Assembly: GCA_963744995.1 (NCBI GenBank) | Contig: CAVUWA010000010.1 | Coordinates: 544,001 to 608,000, forward strand | Origin: Candidatus Eiseniibacteriota bacterium | GTDB taxonomy: Bacteria > Eisenbacteria > RBG-16-71-46 | Direction of reading: 5' to 3' | DNA length: 64,000 bases | Shown: piece by piece, positions 56,477-64,000 of the stretch | Position numbering within the stretch: position 1 is the stretch's first letter | Layout: each line of letters opens with the position of its first letter | Translations under genes and position numbers: made by a program | Notes under the pieces: generated by a model | What the model saw: only the letters and a program-made list of their open reading frames with translations | What the model was told of the DNA's origin: nothing | Databases searched by the model: none

Positions 56477-59400
56477 ATGAATCGCCTTTGCCACGTCCGC
56501 GGCGCGCGCACGCTCGCCGCTGCGTTCGCGCTCGCCCTGTCGTTCTCCGCCGCTTCCGCCGCGCCGCCCACCGGCGCGACGAACGCGGACGCCGGCGAAA
56601 AACCCGGTCCCTACAGGGGCCTCGAGCTGCGCTGTATCGGCCCGGCGTTCACGTCGGGCCGCATCGCCGACATCGCGATCGAGCCCGGCCGCCCGGACAC
56701 CTGGTACGTGGGCGTCGGCAGCGGCGGGGTGTGGAAGACCACGAATTGCGGGACGACCTGGAAGCCGATCTTCGAGCACGAGGGTTCGTATTCGATCGGT
56801 TGCGTCTCGATCGATCCGCAGCACCCGGAGATCGTGTGGGTCGGCACCGGCGAGAACGTCGCCGGCCGCCACGTCGGCTATGGCGACGGCGTCTACCGCA
56901 GCCTGGACGGCGGCGCCACCTGGAAGAACATGGGCCTGGCGAAGTCGGAACACATCGGGCGGATCGTGATCGATCCGCACGACTCGGACGTCGTCTACGT
57001 CGCCGCACAGGGACCGCTGTGGTCGGCGGGGGGCGACCGCGGCCTTTTCAAGACTGCGGACGGCGGGGCGACCTGGAACAGGGTCCTGGGCGGTGGCGAC
57101 TTCACCGGGGTCAATGACGTCATCATGGATCCGCGCGACCCGGACGTGCTCTACGCCTCGACGTACCAGCACTACCGCGACGTGGCGGCGCTCATCGACG
57201 GCGGACCGGAGTCGGCGATCTACAAGTCCGTCGACGGCGGCGCCCACTGGCGCAAGCTGACGCAGGGCCTGCCGAAGGAACAGATGGGGCGGATCGGCCT
57301 CGCGATCTCGCCGCAGCAGCCGGACGTGATCTACGCGACAATCGAGCTCGCTCACAAGAAGGGCGGCTTCTGGCGCTCGGCCGACGCGGGCGGCAGCTGG
57401 GAGAAGCGCAGCGACCACGTCGCGGGCGGCACCGGACCGCACTACTACCAGGAGATCTTCGCGAGCCCGCACGCGTTCGACCGCGTCTACCACACCGAGG
57501 TCGAGCTGCACGTCACCGAGGACGGCGGCCGCACGTTCCGTAACATCCATGGCCGCTTCAAGCACGTCGACAACCACGCGGTCGCGTTCAGACCCGACGA
57601 CCCCGACTACCTGCTGGTCGGCTGCGACGGCGGCCTCTACGAGAGCTGGGATCTCGGCGCGACCTGGAAGTTCGTCGCCAACCTGCCCGTCACCCAGTTC
57701 TACAAGATCGCAGTGGACGACGCTGCGCCTTTCTACAACGTGTACGGCGGCGCCCAGGACAACAACACGCAGGGCGGCCCGTCACGCACCGACAACCGGC
57801 ACGGCATCCGCAACAGCGACTGGTTCGTGACCTTCGGCGGTGACGGCTACATGCCCGCCACCGATCCTTCGAACCCGGACATCGTCTACTCCGAGCTGCA
57901 GGAAGGGACCCTCGTGCGTTTCGATCGCCGCACGGGCGAGACGGTGCTCATCCAGCCGCAGCCCGGCCCCGGCGAAGCGACCGAGCGCTTCGCCTGGGAC
58001 GCGCCCATCGAGGTGAGTCCGCACGATCCGGCGACGCTCTACTACGCGAGCCAGCGGGTGTGGCTGAGCCACGATCGCGGCGACAGCTGGACGCCGATCA
58101 GCGGCGATCTCACCCGCGGCCTGGACCGCTTGAAGCTGCCGATGATGGGCCGCGTCTGGGGCTTCGACGCCGTCTGGGACGTCTCGGCCATGTCCAAGTA
58201 CGGCACGATCACCGCGCTCGAGCAGTCGCCGCTCGATCCGGATCTGCTCTACGCCGGAACCGACGACGGGCTGATCCAGGTCACCGAGGACGGCGGCAAG
58301 AGCTGGCGCCGGATCGACCGGCTGCCCGGCGTGCCGGGATTCTTCTTCGTCAACGACCTCAAGGCCGATCTCCACGATCGCAACACGGTCTACGCCGCAG
58401 TGGATGCCCACAAGCAGGGCGATTTCTCGCCGTACCTGCTCAGGAGCGCCGATCGCGGCCGCAGCTGGAAGCGCATCACCACCGGCATTCCGGACCGCGC
58501 GATCGTGTGGCGGGTGGTGCAGGATCACGTGGATCCGAAGCTGATGTTCGCCGGCACCGAGTTCGGCCTCTACTGCACCGTCGACGGCGGGGCGACGTGG
58601 AACGCGCTCGACGGCGGCGTGCCGCACATCCCGTTCCGCGACGTGGCGATTCAGCGGCGCGAGAACGACCTCGTCGCGGGCAGCTTCGGCCGCGGCATCT
58701 ACATCCTCGACGATTACACGCCGCTGCGCGACGTCGCGGACGGCGCGCTCGACAGGGCCGCGGCGCTGTTCCCGGTGCGGAAGGCCTGGTGGTACGTGCC
58801 GCGGCGCGTCATCGGTTACGACGAGAAGGGCAGCCAGGGCGATGCGTTCTTCACCGCGCCCAACCCGCCGTTCGGTGCGGTGTTCACCTACCATCTGCAC
58901 GACGCGCTGCACTCGCGCAGGGAGATGCGGCAGGAGAAGGAAAAGAAGATCGCGCAGCAGGGGGGCGATGCGCCCTACCCCGGCTGGGATGCGCTGCGCG
59001 ACGAGTCGCTCGAGATGGACCCCGAGATCCTGCTCACGGTGCGTGACGCCGGAGGACAGGTGGTCCGGAAGATCACCGGGCCCGCGAACGCCGGCTTCCA
59101 CCGGGTGGCCTGGGATCTCCGGCTGCCGCCGGTGGATCCCGCGCCGCGAGGGGAGTCGGGCCCCGAAGAGGAGGGGCCGCGCCGCCCGGACGGCGCACTG
59201 GCGGCGCCCGGCACGTACTCCGTGAGTCTCGCCAGGGTGGTGGACGGCGTGGTGACCGACCTGGGCGAGTCGCAGACGTTCGAGGTCGTGCCGCTCCGCA
59301 AAGGCACGCTGCCGGGCGCTTCCCCCGCGGATGCCGCCGCGTTCCTCGCCGAGGTCGCGGATCTCGACCGCCTGATCCAGGGCGCCGGCGCCCTGATCGG

Positions 59401-59794
59401 CGAAACCGGGCATCGCATCGAGGGCATGCGGGATGCGCTGCTGCGCTCGTCGCTCGACGATCCGTTGCTGCTCCAGCAGGTGGACGCGCTGCGCCGGCGC
59501 CTCGCCGGGATTCAGATGGAGCTCTCGGGTGACGCCACGCGCCGCCGCTACGGCGATGACGGGCCGGTACCGGTAACGGGCCGGATCACGGTCGTGAAGC
59601 GGATCACCGGCGCCTCGACCTACGGACCGACCCCGACCGCACGCACGAGCCTGGACCTCGCCCGGCGCCAGTTCGAAGCCGTGCGCGCGGATCTCACGCA
59701 GCTGGTCGAAACCGACCTGCCGGCGCTCGAGAAACGGCTCCAGGCCGCAGGGGCGCCGTGGACCCCGGGGAGTGGCGTGCCGCGCCCGCGCTGA
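56477..59794 (+). CDS. Secreted BNR/Asp-box (VPS10/sortilin-like) beta-propeller protein
   Basis: Signal peptide; IGPAFTSGRIADI; many S/T-x-DGG-x-T/S-W Asp boxes; WDLR. Confidence 0.9.
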   Translation: MNRLCHVRGARTLAAAFALALSFSAASAAPPTGATNADAGEKPGPYRGLELRCIGPAFTSGRIADIAIEPGRPDTWYVGVGSGGVWKTTNCGTTWKPIFEHEGSYSIGCVSIDPQHPEIVWVGTGENVAGRHVGYGDGVYRSLDGGATWKNMGLAKSEHIGRIVIDPHDSDVVYVAAQGPLWSAGGDRGLFKTADGGATWNRVLGGGDFTGVNDVIMDPRDPDVLYASTYQHYRDVAALIDGGPESAIYKSVDGGAHWRKLTQGLPKEQMGRIGLAISPQQPDVIYATIELAHKKGGFWRSADAGGSWEKRSDHVAGGTGPHYYQEIFASPHAFDRVYHTEVELHVTEDGGRTFRNIHGRFKHVDNHAVAFRPDDPDYLLVGCDGGLYESWDLGATWKFVANLPVTQFYKIAVDDAAPFYNVYGGAQDNNTQGGPSRTDNRHGIRNSDWFVTFGGDGYMPATDPSNPDIVYSELQEGTLVRFDRRTGETVLIQPQPGPGEATERFAWDAPIEVSPHDPATLYYASQRVWLSHDRGDSWTPISGDLTRGLDRLKLPMMGRVWGFDAVWDVSAMSKYGTITALEQSPLDPDLLYAGTDDGLIQVTEDGGKSWRRIDRLPGVPGFFFVNDLKADLHDRNTVYAAVDAHKQGDFSPYLLRSADRGRSWKRITTGIPDRAIVWRVVQDHVDPKLMFAGTEFGLYCTVDGGATWNALDGGVPHIPFRDVAIQRRENDLVAGSFGRGIYILDDYTPLRDVADGALDRAAALFPVRKAWWYVPRRVIGYDEKGSQGDAFFTAPNPPFGAVFTYHLHDALHSRREMRQEKEKKIAQQGGDAPYPGWDALRDESLEMDPEILLTVRDAGGQVVRKITGPANAGFHRVAWDLRLPPVDPAPRGESGPEEEGPRRPDGALAAPGTYSVSLARVVDGVVTDLGESQTFEVVPLRKGTLPGASPADAAAFLAEVADLDRLIQGAGALIGETGHRIEGMRDALLRSSLDDPLLLQQVDALRRRLAGIQMELSGDATRRRYGDDGPVPVTGRITVVKRITGASTYGPTPTARTSLDLARRQFEAVRADLTQLVETDLPALEKRLQAAGAPWTPGSGVPRPR

Positions 59795-59821
59795 ACGTCC
59801 ATCGGGCGCTGAAACCGACCG

Positions 59822-59845
59822 GGCCACCGGAGCGATCCGGTGGCC
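59822..59845. terminator. 10-bp hairpin with GCGA tetraloop between convergent genes
   Basis: ggccaccgga-gcga-tccggtggcc. Confidence 0.5.
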
Positions 59846-59953
59846 TCGATGTGTGGCGGGTGCACCCGGTCGCGCGACCGGGTGCTGCCATCATGGTCAG
59901 ATGGGCGAAGCGATGGAACGGGACCGGGAACGGGATCGCGACGCGCGGCGGCC

Positions 59954-60184
59954 TCAGTTCGGCGCGTCTTCGTCCTCGTCCTGATCTTCTTCTTCCCCGG
60001 TCTCGCTCTCCGGAGCGTCGATTTCGACGATGTCGCCGAACTCGTTCACCCGCGCCATCATGCCGTCGAGCCCGGCGCCGCCTTCCTGGCGCTTGGACTC
60101 GCGCCGCGCCCGCTTGGCGGCGGCTTTCGCGTTGCGCTTCTGTTCCTTCTGCCGTTTCAAGAACGAGGGTCTCTGTCTTGCCAG
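59954..60184 (-). CDS. Small protein with basic N-terminal half and acidic tail; probable CTG start
   Basis: GGGAGG RBS 6 nt before CTG; (M)ARQRPSFLKRQKEQKRNAKAAAKRARR...EEEDQDEDEDAPN. Confidence 0.7.
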   Translation of the reverse strand: MARQRPSFLKRQKEQKRNAKAAAKRARRESKRQEGGAGLDGMMARVNEFGDIVEIDAPESETGEEEDQDEDEDAPN

Positions 60185-60340
60185 GCCGTGCCTCCCTTCG
60201 CGCCGCCCCGATGCACCCTGCGCCACGCGGAGTGCGGGCGGGGACACGGGACATGAAGACCATGCACTGTAACACCGATCCGCCCCGCCAGTCTCACGGC
60301 GCCGCCGGCCGGCCCCGGGGTGCACCCTGCGGGGTCCGCG

Positions 60341-61192
60341 TCAGCGCGGGAACGGCCCGGATCCGGCGTGCGGCCGGGCCGGCCTGCGCTCCGCGGGCGC
60401 CCGCTTCTTCATCTGCAGGCCGAAACCGACGATCCACGCCCGCTCCTGCCCCGGCAGGCCGCGGCCCGACTTGAACACGCTGCCGCCGCTCTGCTCGTAA
60501 CGCAGGTCGATCGTAAGCCGGCCGTAGCGCATCGGGAAGGCGGCCCCCGCGCCGGCGGTCCAGCCGAGGTTCGCGCGGCTGAGATTGCCCGCGAAGAAGT
60601 CGTGCACGTAGCGGTTGCCCGAATAGTCGCCGTAGACGAGCAACGCGGGGACGACCCCGCCGAGCACGTGCGGGGTGACGGTCCACGGCCCGAGCTCGAG
60701 CCGCGCGACGAGCGGCGTGCGCAGCTCGACCAGCGACAGGGTGCCGCGAAACTCGCCGATCTTCCTGACGTAGGAATTGCCGAAATTGTCGTAGACGGTG
60801 CCGAAGAACGGATCGACGAAGTTGCCGCCGCGCACCGCGACGATCGCCTGCGGCTCGATCGAAAGCCGGCCGATCCGGCGCGTCGCGAACAGGCCGACGT
60901 CGAAGCTTACGAACGAACCGTCGGACGAATCCTCCAGCGACTTCGTGAACACCGTGGCCCCCGCGCCGCCGCGCCAGCCCCACGACCATCCACGGAGCAG
61001 CGGGGAGCCGGCGTCGGCCGTGACGGAGCCGTGGTCCGCACGCGGCGCCGCCCTTTCCGCCGTCGAGTCCGCGGGCGGGGCGACCGCCTGCCATTCCCCG
61101 TGCGGGGCGGCGGGCGCCGCCACGGCGGGTCCGGGGTGGCCGGACAGCAGGGCACAGCACAGCAACGGGATCACCAGGCGGGCATCGGGCAT
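60341..61192 (-). CDS. Outer-membrane beta-barrel protein (PorT/OmpA-like family)
   Basis: Signal peptide; WGWRGG, LSIEPQ..RGG, LVELRTPL, PHVLGG, AGAG..IDLRYE alternating strands. Confidence 0.7.
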   Translation of the reverse strand: MPDARLVIPLLCCALLSGHPGPAVAAPAAPHGEWQAVAPPADSTAERAAPRADHGSVTADAGSPLLRGWSWGWRGGAGATVFTKSLEDSSDGSFVSFDVGLFATRRIGRLSIEPQAIVAVRGGNFVDPFFGTVYDNFGNSYVRKIGEFRGTLSLVELRTPLVARLELGPWTVTPHVLGGVVPALLVYGDYSGNRYVHDFFAGNLSRANLGWTAGAGAAFPMRYGRLTIDLRYEQSGGSVFKSGRGLPGQERAWIVGFGLQMKKRAPAERRPARPHAGSGPFPR

Positions 61193-61307
61193 GCCGGGAG
61201 AGTACGCCCGGACCCGCTCGCGTGCATCCATGCCCGGTTTGCCCGCCCGGTGCGCAACCCGGAGCGTCCTCCGCACGTATTCCCGCCACCACTCAGGGGA
61301 GACCTGC

Positions 61308-61976
61308 ATGAATCAGATCGAGCGCCTGTTGCCCGTCATCGCTTCCTACGGAACCTGGATTCTCGCTGCGCTGCTCACGCTGTCGATCCTCGGCGTCTGG
61401 AGACTCGGCCGCGGCCGCCGCTTCCTCGTCCCGGCACGCTGGCCGGGACGCCTCGCCGCCGGCGGACTCCTGGGGGCGGCGCTGGTCGCCGCGGGCGGAC
61501 TGTTCCTCGTGCTCGGGCCCATGCGGCCCGTGCTCGACCAGGTGCGCTACGTGCGGTCGATCGTCAACCGCCCTGCGGAGGACGCCGTGTTCCGCGAGGT
61601 CGGCAGCGATGCGGTGCACCACCTGAGCGAGCTGCGCGGCCGCGTCGTGCTGCTGAACCTGTGGGCGACGTGGTGCCCGCCCTGCCGCCACGAGCTGCCC
61701 GACATCGATCGCCTGCAGAAGGCGCACGAAGGCGACGGCCTCACGGTGGTCACCGTTTCCACCGAAGAGCGCCAGGTGTTGCAGACGTTCGCGGCGCAGC
61801 ACCCGTTCGGCACGCTCAACGTCTACACGCCACGCATCGACTGGCTCGACGTGCCGGGCCGGCCGCTGAGCCTCGTCATCGACCGCGACGGCATCGTGCG
61901 CGGGGTGTTCGTCGGCGCGCGCAGCTACGGCGAGTTCGAGCCGGCGATCGAGCCGTGGATTCGGAAGCACTCGTAG
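61308..61976 (+). CDS. Membrane-anchored TlpA/ResA-family thiol-disulfide oxidoreductase
   Basis: LSELRGRVVLLNLWATWCPPCRHELP; P.S.VIDRDG; two N-terminal TM helices. Confidence 0.92.
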   Translation: MNQIERLLPVIASYGTWILAALLTLSILGVWRLGRGRRFLVPARWPGRLAAGGLLGAALVAAGGLFLVLGPMRPVLDQVRYVRSIVNRPAEDAVFREVGSDAVHHLSELRGRVVLLNLWATWCPPCRHELPDIDRLQKAHEGDGLTVVTVSTEERQVLQTFAAQHPFGTLNVYTPRIDWLDVPGRPLSLVIDRDGIVRGVFVGARSYGEFEPAIEPWIRKHS

Positions 61977-62001
61977 CGCACCGCCGCCGGCCCGCCGCGC
62001 A

Positions 62002-63252
62002 TCACGCGGCGGCCGCCCTCGCGCGTGCGGCGATCCGTTCCGCGACGTAGCGCGCATCCCGACCGACCCCGTGAATCATGGTCGAGGACAGCGCGTACAG
62101 GAAGTGCAGTCCGACGAAGTAGAGTCCCGGCTCGCCGGGTACGATGCCGCGTTCGTGGCGGGGCTCGCCGTGATCGTCGAAGACGGGGCGCTCGATCCAC
62201 GAGGGGAAGCCGGGATGGAAGCCCGTGCACCAGACGACGTTCGCCACGTCGAGCACGGTGCCGTCCTCGAGCACCGGCCGGCCCTGGCGGACGCCCGCGA
62301 CCTTCGGGCCGCGGCGCACGCCGAGCGCGGCGAGGTCGGCCGCGCGCACGCGGATCAGCGGGCCGCCCTGGTGCGTCACCCGCGGACGCACCTTGCGGCC
62401 GACCGGCGTGTCTTCGGTGAGCACGCGGTGGAACAGGCCGCGCAGGACCAGCCGCACCAGCAGGTGGCGCCCGGCGAAACCGCCGACCCGGAACGGCAGC
62501 TGGCCGACGTCGCGCCCCACCATCCACACGCGGCGGCCGCCGCGCGCCAGTTCGACCGCGATCTCCGAGCCCGAGTTGCCGGCCCCGGCGATCAGCACGT
62601 CGCCGTCCCGGAGCTGCGACGGATTGCGGTAGTCGAACGAGTGGATCTGCACGATCGACGGGTCCAGCTCGCGGGCAAACGCGGGAGTGCGGGGCTTCTG
62701 GTAGTTCGCCATCGCCACGACCACGTGATCGGCCTCGAACGTGCGCGCACCGGCACGGGCGACGTAACGGCCGCCCTCATGCGTGAGCCGCTCGACGCGG
62801 ACGCCGGTCTCGACCGGCAGCTGGAAGCGTGCCGCGTAGGCTTCGAGAAAGTCGCCCATCTCGTCCTTGGTCGGGAACACGTCGCCCGGCGCGGGGAACG
62901 GCATGCCGTCGAGCCCGCTGAAGCGCGCCGGGGTGAAGAGCCTGAGTGAATCCCAGCGCCGGCGCCATGCATCGCCGATCCGCTCGTGGGCGTCGAGGAT
63001 CACGAAACTCAGGCCGTGACGCGCGAGGTGGTAGCCGACCGAGAGCCCGGTCTGACCGCCGCCGATCACGATCACGTCGAAGCGCCCGGGCGCCGAATGC
63101 GGTTGCGCCTGCGACGACGAGACGGGCGCGGCGTCCGCGGCGACACCGCTCATCTGCATGAATGCCGCCCCCTCTTCGACCAGCAGACCGCGCCCGGCCC
63201 CGGTCGTGTGCCCTGCCGACTCGTTCTGGAACGAATGTGATGTCCGCTGCAT
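62002..63252 (-). CDS. Flavin-containing monooxygenase (CzcO-like)
   Basis: VIGGGQTG, GDAWRRRWDSLRLFTP, QIHSFDYRNP, GAGNSG, WCTGF, GLYFVG; GGAGG RBS. Confidence 0.92.
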   Translation of the reverse strand: MQRTSHSFQNESAGHTTGAGRGLLVEEGAAFMQMSGVAADAAPVSSSQAQPHSAPGRFDVIVIGGGQTGLSVGYHLARHGLSFVILDAHERIGDAWRRRWDSLRLFTPARFSGLDGMPFPAPGDVFPTKDEMGDFLEAYAARFQLPVETGVRVERLTHEGGRYVARAGARTFEADHVVVAMANYQKPRTPAFARELDPSIVQIHSFDYRNPSQLRDGDVLIAGAGNSGSEIAVELARGGRRVWMVGRDVGQLPFRVGGFAGRHLLVRLVLRGLFHRVLTEDTPVGRKVRPRVTHQGGPLIRVRAADLAALGVRRGPKVAGVRQGRPVLEDGTVLDVANVVWCTGFHPGFPSWIERPVFDDHGEPRHERGIVPGEPGLYFVGLHFLYALSSTMIHGVGRDARYVAERIAARARAAAA

Positions 63253-63327
63253 GACGATCCTCCCGGTTCGGGTTCCCTGGCCGTGCCTCGGCTGGAAACA
63301 CTAGCGAGGGCCGCCGTCGCGCGCGTC

Positions 63328-63377
63328 GGCGGAACCACCCATTTTCGGGCGACGGCGCCCCATGGGTGGTTTCCGCC
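63328..63377. promoter_or_regulatory. Inverted repeat pair upstream of the FMO gene, candidate LuxR-family operator
   Basis: ggcggaaccacccat (63328-63342) and atgggtggtttccgcc (63362-63377); TAGTGT -10-like hexamer on the minus strand at 63303-63298. Confidence 0.55.
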
Positions 63378-63488
63378 ACGACCGTGGGTCCGCGCACCGG
63401 CGCACCGGCGGCCGGGGCGCGCGGGCGGTGGCCGACCGCGCCGCCGCGCCCTTCGGCGGGGACGACGGGGACGGACCCGGCCGGCGCC

Positions 63489-64000
63489 TCAGATCAGCCG
63501 GTGCTCGTAGGCGTGCGCCGTGGCGGCGGCGCGCGAGGACACGCCGAGCTTGTTGAAGATGTTGCTGACGTGCCGGTCGACGGTGCGCTCACTGAGGAAC
63601 AGCTCGCGGGCGATGGCGCGGTTGGTCCCACCGGCCGCGACCATGCGCAGAATCTGCAGCTCGCGGGCGGTGAGGCCATGCGCGGGCGCCCGCGGCGCCG
63701 CGCCGGAGGCTGGAATCCGTTCGAGGTCGGGTGCCGCGCCGAGCTCCGTGAAGACCGCACGGGCGGCGTCCACCTCGAGGGCGGCGCCGTCCTCGTCGCC
63801 CAGCGCCCGGCACGCCGCGGCGATCAGGACGCGCAGCCGCGCCGCCAGGTACGGCGCGTTCGCCCGCTGCCACCCGTCGAAGGCCCGGCGCAGCGGTTCG
63901 ATGGCGCCGGCCGGATCTCCGGCGGAAAGGAGCACCGCCCCGCGCGCGTGGGCCGCGATCGCGTCGAGCGCATCCGATCGAAAGCGCGCGGCCAGCGCCT
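63489..64000 (-). CDS. LuxR-family transcriptional regulator, C-terminal part (5' end outside the window)
   Basis: [46 protein letters not shown]; frame open to the window edge. Confidence 0.93.
   Translation of the reverse strand, partial: ALAARFRSDALDAIAAHARGAVLLSAGDPAGAIEPLRRAFDGWQRANAPYLAARLRVLIAAACRALGDEDGAALEVDAARAVFTELGAAPDLERIPASGAAPRAPAHGLTARELQILRMVAAGGTNRAIARELFLSERTVDRHVSNIFNKLGVSSRAAATAHAYEHRLI

Overview
Very GC-rich bacterial chromosomal segment from a probable diderm (outer-membrane beta-barrel, lipoproteins, secreted proteins with C-terminal FlgD-type Ig domains, large Hanks-type kinases; this mix resembles uncultured FCB-related lineages such as Ca. Eisenbacteria, which is inference only). 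About 50 real CDS can be separated from many GC-driven shadow ORFs. No rRNA, tRNA, CRISPR or mobile element was recognised. Main blocks: (1) alkylation repair, adaA-alkA plus ogt; (2) a divergent anaerobic energy island, ferredoxin-porCD-porA-porB <- -> rnfCDGEAB-korAB, whose Rnf is non-canonical (RnfA fused to a signal peptide and Ig-like domain, RnfE with only one Cys, RnfG with insertions); (3) a multicopper oxidase, then a TPR kinase / small protein / subtilase module in which the kinase has a tyrosine-kinase-like catalytic loop (HRDVTGRN); (4) ion and amino-acid transport genes; (5) a variant of the anaerobic purine-degradation cluster (carbamate kinase-ygeW-ygeY-xdhD-like-ssnA-ygfK). In this variant YgfK lacks its FAD/NAD(P)H module, hyuA and ygeX are absent from the window, and two uncharacterised PLP enzymes are transcribed divergently from back-to-back sigma54-like promoters sharing tandem CTGCC-N5-GGCAG palindromes; (6) envelope, stress and housekeeping genes. 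All calls come from motif recognition by eye; no database search was run.
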